64,000 bases of DNA from Escherichia coli (GTDB lineage Bacteria > Pseudomonadota > Gammaproteobacteria > Enterobacterales > Enterobacteriaceae), in NCBI RefSeq assembly GCF_003334355.1, contig NZ_QOWP01000005.1, one strand, 5' to 3'. The notes beneath the pieces are model-generated. The model saw nothing but the letters and a program-made list of their open reading frames with translations, did no database searches and was not told the DNA's origin. The position numbers and the translations under genes are program-made. Positions 13,669 to 23,676 of the stretch are shown here, piece by piece (positions within the stretch are counted from its first letter, which is position 1; each line of letters opens with the position of its first letter).

Positions 13669-14667
13669 TTAGCGTTTCGCTTTACTGCTTCGCTGGGTCA
13701 GCAAGATATTCGCCAGCACCGCCACCACGATGATGACGCCGCGTACCACCTGCTGGAAAAAGGAGTTAATACCGAGCAGCACCAGACCGTTACCGATTAG
13801 CGTAATCACCAGCACACCAAGCAATGTACCGAACAGGGAACCGCGACCGCCGGAAAGTGCCGTACCGCCGACCACGACCGCGGCGATGACGTCAAACTCC
13901 AGACCGTTTGCGGCACCTGCGTTACCAGAACCGAGGCGCGCCGCCAACAAAATGCCGGTCACCGCCGCTAATAATCCCGAAAGGGTAAAGATAAGAATGC
14001 GCACCCGACGAACGTTGATGCCGCACAACTGCGCCGCCGTAGCATTACCGCCAACGGCAAAAACCGAGCGCCCGAAGGCGGTTTTGCGGCTGATGAACAC
14101 AAACAGCGCAAACAACACAATCATGATCAGCGCGGATACCGGCACACCGAGAAATTGTCCGCCCAGCCAGTCCAGCACCTCGTTTTCGTCAATCGGCACT
14201 GGCAGGGCGTTCGTCATAAACAGCCCCATTCAGCGCAGGGCGCTCCACAGCCCCAGTGTGGCAACGAAACTTGGTACGTTAAACACGCCGCGCAGCACCC
14301 CGGCGAGCGTTCCCATCAGCGCGCCTAACAGCAACACCAGCAGACAAGCAATCGCCAACGGAACTTCAAATTGCAGCAAAAATGCCAGGCACACCGAGAC
14401 AAAAGCCACCATCGGCCCAACGCTGACATCAATCTCACCGGAGATAATAATCAGCGTCATCGCCCAGGCGGCAATCCCAATGGTGGCGGCATCGCGCAGC
14501 ACGTTCATCTGGTTATTCAATGAGATAAAGCCAGGCGCGTTCAGGGAGAAGACCAGATAAAGAATGGCAATCACCACCAGCAAACCGATCTCATTAATAT
14601 GGCGACTGACAAATTGTTTGAGCGAGACGCTCTTGCCCTGCGGCAATGGTAATGACGAAGCAGACAT
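13669..14667 (-). pseudogene. yphD: ABC transporter permease YphD, interrupted by an in-frame TGA at 14230-14232 followed directly by ATG
   Basis: Two abutting same-frame ORFs (14230-14667, 145 aa; 13669-14229, 186 aa); minus strand reads ...CTG CGC TGA ATG GGG CTG...; 145+1+186 = 332 codons, the length I recall for intact YphD. Confidence 0.7.
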
Positions 14668-14691
14668 CTTCAGGTTCCTCGGTAAAATTCA

Positions 14692-16203
14692 TCAGTGCAC
14701 AGACAGAATGGCGGACATCAGCTCATCCACATTGACCGGCGAGTGAAACTCCTGCGAGAACGTGCCGTGCTGTAATAACAGGATGCGGTCACACACCAGC
14801 GGCAACTCCTCCACTTCACTGGAGATAAACACCACGCTTTTTCCTTCGGCAGCCAGCTCACGGACAATACGGTAAATCTGCTGTTTGGCTTCGATATCGA
14901 CGCCGCGCGTTGGCTCGTCGAGCAACAAAATCTGGCTGGCGGCATAGACCCAACGACCGATCACTACTTTTTGCTGATTGCCGCCAGAAAGCGTGCCGAT
15001 GGGCGTTTCGCTACTGGCGGCCTTGACCGTCATCCGCTGCATCACTTCTTCGGTCAGGCGGCGGATGGTGGACCATTGCAGCACTCCGTTGGCGCTGATT
15101 TTTTGCCGATTGGTCAGCACTGTATTTTCGTCAACGCCCAACCAGGGAATGATCCCCGCTTCTTTGCGGTTTTCTGGCGTATAGCCAATGCCGCGTTTCA
15201 GCATGTCGCCGTAATCGGGGCGCGTGATTTTCTCGCCGTTGATAACAATTTCGCCCTGTTCATACTCCTCCAGCCCAACAATCGCCTTCAGCAATTCACT
15301 GCGCCCTGCCCCCAGCAGACCAGCAATGCCGAGCACTTCGCCACGACGTAGCGTAAAACTGATATCCTCCAGCTTGGGCTTATGGCGTAACGCACGGACT
15401 TCCAGTACGGCCTGATCCACAATTTCCTGAGGGGCAACCGGCGCAATATCAACGTGATCGCGCCCGAGCATCAGCGACACAATATGATGCGTGGAGGTGT
15501 TTTCGAGCATCACATCGCCCGCCACCTGACCATCGCGCATAACGGTGGCACAGGAGGCAATGCGGCGAATTTCTTCCATCCGGTGGCTGACATAAATTAC
15601 CGCCACGCCCAGTGCCGACATCTTTTTCACCGCGCTGATCACCAGTTCAACTTCCGCACTGGCAAGCGAACTGGTAGGTTCATCAAGAATGACCACGCGC
15701 GGCTCGCCCTTCATCACCCGCGCAATTTCCACCAGCTGCTTTTGCGCCGGGCTTAGTGTTGAAACAAGTTGTTCAGGACTAACGTCAACGCCCAACGCCT
15801 GTAAGCAACGTTGGGCATCCTGCGCCATTTGCAGGTAATCAATCATGCCGTTGCGGCGGGGCCACTGACCGAGGCAGAAGTTTTCCGCCACCGTCAGCCC
15901 TTCCACCAGACTTAACTCCTGATAAACCGCGCGTACCCCCAGTTCAGCGGCACGGCGAGTCAGCGTAGCTTCGTCGCCTTCCAGTCGCGTCTCGCCAATC
16001 CAGATATCACCGCTATCCGGACGTTCGCTACCGGTAAGCATTCGAATGAGGGTCGATTTGCCCGCGCCGTTTTTGCCTAACAGCGCACGAACTTCGCCTT
16101 TATTGAGCGTGAAGTTAACGTTATCCAACGCAACGACGCCGGGATAACGCTTATTTCCTGCCACCACTTTTGCTACCGGGACTGCCTCTGTTGCCGTGAA
16201 CAT
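14692..16203 (-). CDS. yphE: Sugar ABC transporter ATP-binding protein YphE (tandem ATPase domains)
   Basis: 503-aa ORF with two Walker A motifs (GKNGAGKST and a second cassette) and an LSGGNQQK signature. Confidence 0.88.
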   Translation of the reverse strand: MFTATEAVPVAKVVAGNKRYPGVVALDNVNFTLNKGEVRALLGKNGAGKSTLIRMLTGSERPDSGDIWIGETRLEGDEATLTRRAAELGVRAVYQELSLVEGLTVAENFCLGQWPRRNGMIDYLQMAQDAQRCLQALGVDVSPEQLVSTLSPAQKQLVEIARVMKGEPRVVILDEPTSSLASAEVELVISAVKKMSALGVAVIYVSHRMEEIRRIASCATVMRDGQVAGDVMLENTSTHHIVSLMLGRDHVDIAPVAPQEIVDQAVLEVRALRHKPKLEDISFTLRRGEVLGIAGLLGAGRSELLKAIVGLEEYEQGEIVINGEKITRPDYGDMLKRGIGYTPENRKEAGIIPWLGVDENTVLTNRQKISANGVLQWSTIRRLTEEVMQRMTVKAASSETPIGTLSGGNQQKVVIGRWVYAASQILLLDEPTRGVDIEAKQQIYRIVRELAAEGKSVVFISSEVEELPLVCDRILLLQHGTFSQEFHSPVNVDELMSAILSVH

Positions 16204-16225
16204 AGGGACCTCTGCGAATCAGCGA

Positions 16226-17209
16226 TTAGGGCAGACCATCAACGTGCGTTGCCAGCCACTGTTTACCGTCTTCCGTTTTGGTATAGAGATCGATAGGCAC
16301 CTGAATCACTTTTTCACCGTCGGCTTGTTTATTGATAACCTTCAATGTTTGCGCGAAAACAGCATTGCCCATTTTCTTACCGGAAATATCCACTACCGCT
16401 TTCAGCACCTGATTGTTTTCCAGCTCCTGAGCAATTTCGGTTGTCATATCCGAACCGAAAACAGCAATTTTTCCGGCCTGATTTTGATTACGTACCGCTT
16501 TTACCGCGCCGAGTGTCGCACCGCCCGATTCCCCCATAATGGCGTTGAGATCCGGCGTGGAGATAATCAGTTTTTCACCAACGGAAATCGCTTTATCTAA
16601 AACAGTCCCTTCCTGATTAGCGACAATTTGCGCGCCGGGAACGCGGGCTTTTAATACTTCTTCAAACCCTTTACGTCGTTGCACACAAACTTCAAAGGCT
16701 TCGCAATTGATGACGGCAATTTTCGGCTGGTCAATTTTATTGGCAATAAAATAATCGGCGGCAGCGTTACCCAGTTTTTTACCAAATTCCAGTGGATCGC
16801 CGACCAGATACGCCGAGACATATTTATCGACACCCTTTTGATTAATACAGGTGTTGTAGCAAATCACCGGAATACCCGCTTCACTGGCGCGACGAACGGT
16901 ACGGCTACTGCCATTTTCAGACACTGCCGATAAAATAATGGCATCGACATTACGCGCCACGAGGGTATCAACAAAGGTACTTTCTTTCGAAATATCACCC
17001 TGGGCGTTAGTTTCAATTAACTGTACCTGTACTGAAGAATCTTTTGCCGCATCCTGAACGCCCTGACGCACTCCAGCGTAATATCCCTGGGTATCAAGGT
17101 ATATTGCACCAATGGTCATTTCTTTATCCGCAGCCCTGGCAAATAGTGCGCTACCTAATAGCGTAGCCATTAATAATAGATTACGGGTTGTTCTCATTTT
17201 TTTAGGCAT
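16226..17209 (-). CDS. yphF: Periplasmic sugar-binding protein YphF of ABC transporter
   Basis: 327-aa ORF with N-terminal signal peptide MPKKMRTTRNLLLMATLLGSALFARA. Confidence 0.85.
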   Translation of the reverse strand: MPKKMRTTRNLLLMATLLGSALFARAADKEMTIGAIYLDTQGYYAGVRQGVQDAAKDSSVQVQLIETNAQGDISKESTFVDTLVARNVDAIILSAVSENGSSRTVRRASEAGIPVICYNTCINQKGVDKYVSAYLVGDPLEFGKKLGNAAADYFIANKIDQPKIAVINCEAFEVCVQRRKGFEEVLKARVPGAQIVANQEGTVLDKAISVGEKLIISTPDLNAIMGESGGATLGAVKAVRNQNQAGKIAVFGSDMTTEIAQELENNQVLKAVVDISGKKMGNAVFAQTLKVINKQADGEKVIQVPIDLYTKTEDGKQWLATHVDGLP

Positions 17210-17305
17210 AGTACCTCCTGTAGGGTTTTTATTAACAACGGCTTATTCTAATTATTTTGTGATGAGCGGCAGCGCATGCCGCTCAAATATTACAGTTAAT
17301 AGGGT

Positions 17306-20300
17306 TTAGTGAACGTAGTTAAAAATAAAAGGCATCACGGTGGTGAATAATGCCGCTTTCGGCCAGGCCGGATTAATCGCCGTCAATTCAGCGCGAGCAG
17401 ATTCATATTGCGCAACCTCCCCGAGTCCCGCGGACGCCAGCATCGCCACCATCAGGCATTTTTCTTTATGCTGCTGTTGTAAATCGCCATACAGCGACAA
17501 CAGGTCAGGTTGTGAAACAGCAAAGAAATCCGCCTCAATACTGGTTTTCGCCATCTCTTGCGCCCACTGTTTCATTTCACTAAACAGTTGCTGTGCGGTT
17601 TGCTGTTCACCCAGCAGTCGCAGCGCCATTCCTTGCCAGAAGAGATAATCAACCGGCTGATCGTTGTAATAACTGTGGATGTTAATGGTGCGATCGCCGG
17701 TCGCCGCCAGACGTAAACAACGCATCGCTTCAGTTTCATCGCCCTGCGCGTTGGCGCATATCGCCTGCCAGAACCAGATGTCGTTATCAGTTTGCCCCGG
17801 TAAACGGCCTTCGCTTAAATTCTCCGGATAATGCAGCGCGGCATGAAGCAGTTCGCTGGCCTGCTGCGGCTCTCTGGCATCAAGATGCTGCCAGGCGCGT
17901 AATAACTGGTTGAGGATAAACTGACTGGTGACCTTCCCTTCCCCGCCTTCCCACGGGTGGAATTTACGCGTGGCGAGAATGTCCGCCGCTTTGTCTGCCT
18001 GACCCGTGAGATGCCACAAATTGAGCAGTTCTGCGGTCATGTCGTCGCGTTTCAGCGCAATTTCCTGATTATTTTCCAGACGCGCCAGTCGTTTCTCCGG
18101 TGTGGCTCCACTTAACTTATCAAGCAAATCCCGTTCGAAAAGCAGACGTGCATCCTGCGGCGCAAGCTGATAAGCATTATCAAGATAACGCGCGGCCAGC
18201 TCATAATCGTGTTGCTTATTCCACGCATGGATCGCTAACCCGCGCCAGCCGTCGGCAAACTCCGGCGACATCTCTACGCAACGTTGCCATAAGGCAATGG
18301 CTTTGTTGTAGCTACGTTTGTTATAGTAGAAGCAGGCCAGTAAATGGCGAGCAAACCAGCACTCTTCAATACTCTCCAGCGCCGCCACTTCTTCCAGCGT
18401 ATTCGGGAAACGGACAAACTGCGGGAAGACATCAATGGCTTTTGCGACCAGTTCGCCACGTTCGGCTTTCGGCAGCAAGCTGGCTTGCAGGTAAAGCGGC
18501 AGCGTGCGCTGGCAGTCCAGTGCGTTCAGCATCTCTGCCGCCAGGGTGGGCATTCCCCAGTTAATCAGTTGCCCGGCGGTCATCAGAGCGTTAACGTCGC
18601 GTCCCTGACACAGACCGCGCCACTGCGCGAGGGCTGATTCGCTACGACCATCGAACCAGTTCAGCCACCACAGAGTGGCGTTCAGCGGATAATCGCGCAG
18701 CAGTTTCTCGCGCTGCAAACGCGCGTTGTCCTGACGACCACTTAACACCAGCAGCAGGTTATGCAGGCAAAGCACTTCCTGATTGGTTGGGCAGGCGCGA
18801 AGACTTTGTTGGCAAAAATCCAGACCCGCATCGAAGTTACCATTACGCGCAGCCAGTCGTGCCAGGCCATAATAGCCACCGGCTTTGCTGTTGCCGCTCC
18901 AGACCGCCCGCCAGAAATCCTCTTCGGCTTGTTGATATTGTCCCTGACGTTCGTAAGCACTGGCGCGAATCAAACTCGCCTGTCCGCACTGCGGATTTTT
19001 GTTCAGCGCATGTGCGCGTTTCAGAGCCTGAGTGGCATACGCCACCGCTTGCGGGAAATCGGCACGGTTATATTCCAGCATCGCCAGCGCCAGGTTACAG
19101 CGGTAATCCAGCGGATCCAGCGCCACGCCGCGTAGGTAGTAATCGAACGGTGAACGGCTGGCGTGATGATATTGCTCCAGATGCTGACCGATAAACCAGG
19201 CTTCATCTGTACTGGTAATGTCTTGTGCTGCCAGTGGCGCTTTGGCGACGTCCGGCAACGGCAACTCTTGCGGCTGATGTTCCTGATAACTCAGTACAAT
19301 ATTGCCGTCGGCATCGGAGAGCTCAATGGTCAGCCTTTCAGGATTGATACCGTGCAACACGCCCTGGATGGCGGTCGCAGGCATCAGTGCCACGGCATCA
19401 TCAAGTAACGCGTTGCATTTGCCGATTTCGCGGATCGCCAGGCGGTATCCGTTCAACGGAGAGATGGCATACAGCCCCCACTCAATCCCCCGCTCACTAC
19501 GCTGGAGTTTTATCACCGCATCGCGGGAGGCATTTTGCACCATGCCCAAAGAATGATAAGGCAGGAAATACTGCTCAAAACGCTTCTCTTCGTAAGCATC
19601 AAGCCAGGTAAAATCAGGCTGGTTATCGGCAAAAATACCGGTCATCAGTTCGATATACGGGCCGTTATTGTCGGTCAGACTCTTATCCCACGCCTGGCCA
19701 AATTCACTGTGTCCCCAGCTCCACTGCTTTTTACCTGGCGCAATATGGTGGTTGGCAACGTGTAGCAAACCACCATCTTCATCGTGACACCACGCGCCAA
19801 CAAAATCGTACTGTGATTTTTCAGCCATATATGAGGTTGGAACGGGCACATTTTTATAGCGAGAAATGTCCACTCCAGCGGAGTAGTCCACTTTGTAGTA
19901 AGTGCCGGTGGCGATGGGGAAAGCGGAGACGGCCCGTTTGCCGTGATCAAACACCGCAGTCACATCCGGCGGGAAAACGCTCTGATGCCCTTCCCCCCCT
20001 TTCACTGCCGGGTTGGCCCACCACAAGAAATGACGCGGCGTGGCGTTGCCGTTATAGACGCGGCTGGCGATTTCCAGCGCCGCCCGGTCAGGGCGCAGGG
20101 TGAAACCTGTCATCACCTGTAAACCATGCATCGGCTCCGTTTCGCCGACCCACACCGTCTGTGCGCCGTCTTCATGGGCTTCGAGGGTGAAATCAACGGG
20201 CATAAAGGTGGTCGGGCGATGGTGTTGCGGCCAGTTAAACTCAATCCCGCCAGAGATCCACGGTCCCAGCAGCCCCACCAGCGCAGGTTTAATGACTTCA

Positions 20301-20587
20301 TTGTGATAGACAAAATCGCGCTGTTTCACTTTATCCCATGCGCGATGCACCCGACCGCCCAGTTCCGGCAGGATCATCACTTTGATGTAGTCGTTTTCCA
20401 GCCACACCGCCTGCCAGGATTTCAGGGTTTTCTGTTCACTCAGCGTATCGGTCACGCCGTAGGGATAAACCGCGCCGGACGATCCCTGATAAACGCGATT
20501 TTCCAGGAACATGGGATGTATATCCTGCGGCCCGGTTTCATAGGTCGGGATCTCAACGCGCTCTTGCCACACTTTTACTGGAGTCAT
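17306..20587 (-). CDS. yphG: Large uncharacterised protein YphG (TPR-like repeats; ORF track extends 31 codons upstream to 20680)
   Basis: ORF 17306-20680; start placed at MTPVKVWQERV for a 1093-aa product. Confidence 0.8.
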   Translation of the reverse strand: MTPVKVWQERVEIPTYETGPQDIHPMFLENRVYQGSSGAVYPYGVTDTLSEQKTLKSWQAVWLENDYIKVMILPELGGRVHRAWDKVKQRDFVYHNEVIKPALVGLLGPWISGGIEFNWPQHHRPTTFMPVDFTLEAHEDGAQTVWVGETEPMHGLQVMTGFTLRPDRAALEIASRVYNGNATPRHFLWWANPAVKGGEGHQSVFPPDVTAVFDHGKRAVSAFPIATGTYYKVDYSAGVDISRYKNVPVPTSYMAEKSQYDFVGAWCHDEDGGLLHVANHHIAPGKKQWSWGHSEFGQAWDKSLTDNNGPYIELMTGIFADNQPDFTWLDAYEEKRFEQYFLPYHSLGMVQNASRDAVIKLQRSERGIEWGLYAISPLNGYRLAIREIGKCNALLDDAVALMPATAIQGVLHGINPERLTIELSDADGNIVLSYQEHQPQELPLPDVAKAPLAAQDITSTDEAWFIGQHLEQYHHASRSPFDYYLRGVALDPLDYRCNLALAMLEYNRADFPQAVAYATQALKRAHALNKNPQCGQASLIRASAYERQGQYQQAEEDFWRAVWSGNSKAGGYYGLARLAARNGNFDAGLDFCQQSLRACPTNQEVLCLHNLLLVLSGRQDNARLQREKLLRDYPLNATLWWLNWFDGRSESALAQWRGLCQGRDVNALMTAGQLINWGMPTLAAEMLNALDCQRTLPLYLQASLLPKAERGELVAKAIDVFPQFVRFPNTLEEVAALESIEECWFARHLLACFYYNKRSYNKAIALWQRCVEMSPEFADGWRGLAIHAWNKQHDYELAARYLDNAYQLAPQDARLLFERDLLDKLSGATPEKRLARLENNQEIALKRDDMTAELLNLWHLTGQADKAADILATRKFHPWEGGEGKVTSQFILNQLLRAWQHLDAREPQQASELLHAALHYPENLSEGRLPGQTDNDIWFWQAICANAQGDETEAMRCLRLAATGDRTINIHSYYNDQPVDYLFWQGMALRLLGEQQTAQQLFSEMKQWAQEMAKTSIEADFFAVSQPDLLSLYGDLQQQHKEKCLMVAMLASAGLGEVAQYESARAELTAINPAWPKAALFTTVMPFIFNYVH

Positions 20588-20704
20588 GGTGCCCTCAATA
20601 TTAACAAGACATACTGAATTAAAAGATTTGTGGCAGTGTATTGAACAATCTGGCAATGTTTTCGCGGAATAATCACGCAATTAACTAAACAAGGTTTAGT
20701 GAAG

Positions 20705-21898
20705 ATGAGAGCCTGCATTAACAACCAACAGATTCGCCACCATAACAAATGCGTGATTCTGGAACTGCTGTACCGGCAAAAGCGCGCCAATAAATCAACG
20801 CTGGCCCGGCTGGCGCAAATTTCGATTCCGGCAGTCAGTAATATTTTGCAGGAACTGGAAAGCGAAAAACGGGTGGTGAATATCGACGATGAAAGCCAGA
20901 CGCGCGGGCATAGTAGCGGTACATGGCTGATTGCGCCGGAAGGTGACTGGACGCTGTGTCTGAACGTGACGCCCACCAGTATTGAGTGTCAGGTTGCTAA
21001 TGCTTGTTTAAGTCCGAAAGGTGAATTTGAGTATTTACAGATTGATGCACCGACGCCGCAGGCGCTGCTGTCCGAAATCGAAAAATGCTGGCATCGCCAC
21101 CGTAAATTGTGGCCGGACCGCACCATCAATCTGGCGCTGGCAATCCACGGTCAGGTTGATCCGGTGACCGGCGTATCGCAAACCATGCCGCAAGCGCCGT
21201 GGACAACGCCGGTTGAGGTGAAGTATCTGCTGGAAGAGAAGCTGGGCATTCGGGTGATGGTCGATAATGACTGCGTGATGCTGGCGCTGGCGGAGAAATG
21301 GCAAAATAATTCGCAGGAACGGGATTTCTGCGTGATCAACGTTGATTACGGCATTGGCTCGTCGTTCGTGATTAACGAGCAAATTTATCGCGGCAGTTTG
21401 TATGGTAGCGGACAGATTGGTCACACCATCGTTAATCCGGATGGCGTCGTCTGCGACTGTGGACGTTACGGCTGCCTGGAAACCGTCGCCTCGTTAAGTG
21501 CATTAAAAAAACAGGCGCGGGTATGGCTAAAATCACAACCGGTTAATACTCAGCTTGATCCTGAAAAACTGACAACCGCGCAGTTAATCGCTGCCTGGCA
21601 GAGTGGAGAACCGTGGATCACCAGCTGGGTTGATCGCTCTGCCAATGCCATTGGTTTGAGTCTGTATAACTTCCTCAACATCCTCAATATTAATCAGATT
21701 TGGTTGTACGGTCGCAGTTGTGCCTTTGGTGAGAACTGGCTTAATACTATTATTCGCCAGACAGGATTTAACCCGTTCGACCGCGACGAAGGACCGAGCG
21801 TGAAAGCGACGCAAATTGGCTTTGGGCAATTAAGCCGCGCACAACAGGTGCTGGGAATTGGCTATTTGTATGTTGAGGCGCAGTTACGACAGATTTGA
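20705..21898 (+). CDS. yphH: ROK-family (NagC/XylR-like) transcriptional regulator YphH
   Basis: ORF 20699-21898; N-terminal helix-turn-helix and ROK sugar-kinase-like body with CDCGRYGCLE zinc motif. Confidence 0.85.
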   Translation: MRACINNQQIRHHNKCVILELLYRQKRANKSTLARLAQISIPAVSNILQELESEKRVVNIDDESQTRGHSSGTWLIAPEGDWTLCLNVTPTSIECQVANACLSPKGEFEYLQIDAPTPQALLSEIEKCWHRHRKLWPDRTINLALAIHGQVDPVTGVSQTMPQAPWTTPVEVKYLLEEKLGIRVMVDNDCVMLALAEKWQNNSQERDFCVINVDYGIGSSFVINEQIYRGSLYGSGQIGHTIVNPDGVVCDCGRYGCLETVASLSALKKQARVWLKSQPVNTQLDPEKLTTAQLIAAWQSGEPWITSWVDRSANAIGLSLYNFLNILNINQIWLYGRSCAFGENWLNTIIRQTGFNPFDRDEGPSVKATQIGFGQLSRAQQVLGIGYLYVEAQLRQI

Positions 21899-21915
21899 TG
21901 GCGCGATAACGTAGA

Positions 21916-21937
21916 AAGGCTTCCCGAAGGAAGCCTT
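21916..21937. other. Stem-loop downstream of yphH (9-bp stem, cgaa loop); weak terminator candidate
   Basis: aaggcttcc cgaa ggaagcctt read from the sequence; no strong U-run on either strand. Confidence 0.35.
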
Positions 21938-21957
21938 GATGATCATAAACGAAAAAT

Positions 21958-22055
21958 TGCCTGATGCGCTACGCTTATCAGGCCTACACGGAGATTGCAA
22001 TATATTGAATTTGCAAGATTTTGTAGGCCTGAGAAGGTGTTCATGCCGCATCCAA
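21958..22055. repeat. BIME-type composite repeat (two palindromic units flanking a roughly 33-bp central motif)
   Basis: gcctgatgcgctacgcttatcaggcctac...gcaatatattgaatttgca...ttgtaggcc; near-identical copy at 52142-52244. Confidence 0.8.
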
Positions 22056-22095
22056 CATGAACAACGAGCACATTGTCAGCAAATCACCGTTTCGC

Positions 22096-23349
22096 TTATG
22101 CGTAAACCGGGTAACGTGCGCAGATGTCGAGAACTTTACCTTTGATGCGCTCGATAACGGCTTCATCATTGATGCTGTCCAGCACGTCACACATCCAGCC
22201 AGCCAGTTCTTTCGCTTCGGCTTCTTTGAAGCCGCGACGCGTAATTGCCGGAGTACCCACGCGAATACCGGAGGTCACAAACGGGCTCTTCGGATCGTTC
22301 GGTACGCTGTTTTTGTTGACGGTGATGTTAGCACGGCCCAGAGCGGCGTCTGCTTCTTTACCGGTCAGGTTTTTATCAACCAGATCAACCAGGAACAGGT
22401 GGTTATCAGTGCCGCCGGAAACGACTTTGTAGCCGCGCTCGAGGAACACTTCTACCATCGCTTTAGCGTTTTTCGCGACCTGCTGCTGGTAAGTTTTGAA
22501 CTCAGGCTCCATCGCTTCTTTCAGAGCAACCGCTTTACCGGCGATTACGTGCATCAACGGACCGCCCTGACCACCAGGGAAAACGGCAGAGTTCAGTTTT
22601 TTGTACAGCTCTTCGCTACCACCTTTCGCCAGGATCAGGCCGCCGCGCGGACCCGCCAGGGTTTTGTGAGTGGTGGTAGTAACAACGTGAGCATGAGGAA
22701 CCGGGTTCGGGTAGACGCCAGCAGCAACCAGGCCCGCAACGTGCGCCATATCAACGAACAGGTAAGCACCGATGCTGTCAGCGATTTCACGCATTTTCGC
22801 CCAGTCAACCACGCCGGAATATGCAGAGAAGCCACCGATAATCATTTTCGGCTTGTGTTCTTTGGCTTGTTTTTCCAGATCGGCGTAGTCGATATGACCG
22901 GTAGCATCGATACCGTAAGGAACGATGTTGTACAGTTTACCGGAGAAGTTAACCGGAGAACCGTGAGTCAGGTGACCGCCATGCGCCAGGTTCATACCCA
23001 GAACGGTATCACCTGGTTCCAGCAGCGCGGTGTAGACCGCAAAGTTAGCCTGGGAGCCGGAGTGCGGCTGGACGTTAGCGTAGTCAGCGCCGAACAGTTC
23101 TTTCGCACGATCGATCGCCAGTTGTTCAACGATATCAACATACTCGCAACCGCCGTAGTAGCGTTTGCCCGGATAACCTTCAGCATATTTGTTGGTCAGC
23201 TGAGAACCCTGCGCCTGCATTACGCGCGGGCTGGTGTAGTTTTCGGAGGCGATCAGTTCGATGTGCTCTTCCTGACGTACTTTTTCCTGCTTCATAGCCT
23301 GCCACAGTTCGGCATCATAATCGGCAATGTTCATTTCACGCTTTAACAT
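22096..23349 (-). CDS. glyA: Serine hydroxymethyltransferase
   Basis: ORF 22096-23355; start placed at [17 protein letters not shown] for a 417-aa product; PLP-lysine context [14 protein letters not shown]. Confidence 0.93.
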   Translation of the reverse strand: MLKREMNIADYDAELWQAMKQEKVRQEEHIELIASENYTSPRVMQAQGSQLTNKYAEGYPGKRYYGGCEYVDIVEQLAIDRAKELFGADYANVQPHSGSQANFAVYTALLEPGDTVLGMNLAHGGHLTHGSPVNFSGKLYNIVPYGIDATGHIDYADLEKQAKEHKPKMIIGGFSAYSGVVDWAKMREIADSIGAYLFVDMAHVAGLVAAGVYPNPVPHAHVVTTTTHKTLAGPRGGLILAKGGSEELYKKLNSAVFPGGQGGPLMHVIAGKAVALKEAMEPEFKTYQQQVAKNAKAMVEVFLERGYKVVSGGTDNHLFLVDLVDKNLTGKEADAALGRANITVNKNSVPNDPKSPFVTSGIRVGTPAITRRGFKEAEAKELAGWMCDVLDSINDEAVIERIKGKVLDICARYPVYA

Positions 23350-23676
23350 CCGCATCTCCTGACTCAGCTAACAATAAAATTTTTGGCCTTTATAGGCGGT
23401 CCTGTTGGACAACGGCGAACAGTATAACCGAATCATTGTGCGATAACAGGTCTTGACAAAGGAATTTACGCAAACGATTACCTTCAGGCTACGCAAGGCT
23501 TTGGAGAATAAAGAGCTTGCAACCGGAAACGGATTTCTTTTCAGGTTTGTGATGCAAATTTTTCACTTCATCACATTCTTTCTGAAAAACACCAAAGAAC
23601 CATTTACATTGCAGGGCTATTTTTTATAAGATGCATTTGAGATACATCAATTAAGATGCAAAAAAAGGAAGACCAT

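Noticed and set aside
14230-14232. TGA in yphD as a selenocysteine codon
   Set aside because: No SECIS-like hairpin follows it immediately downstream, and the permease family does not include selenoproteins; a nonsense lesion or split gene is far more likely.
23290-23292. GlyA residue 20 reads Lys (AAG), whereas I recall Glu in the K-12 protein (AMEQEK versus AMKQEK here)
   Set aside because: My recollection of the reference residue is not reliable enough to call a variant, and a single conservative strain polymorphism would be unremarkable. Alignment to reference glyA would settle it.
22057-23346. 429-aa plus-strand ORF covering all of glyA; similar long antisense ORFs at 338-958 (over trmJ), 30146-31246 (over purL) and 13730-14560 (over yphD)
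   Set aside because: The glyA, trmJ and purL ones are in the codon-aligned antisense frame, which stays open simply because the sense genes avoid TTA/CTA/TCA codons. Their proteins are low-complexity and have no start context, so they are shadow ORFs and not genes.
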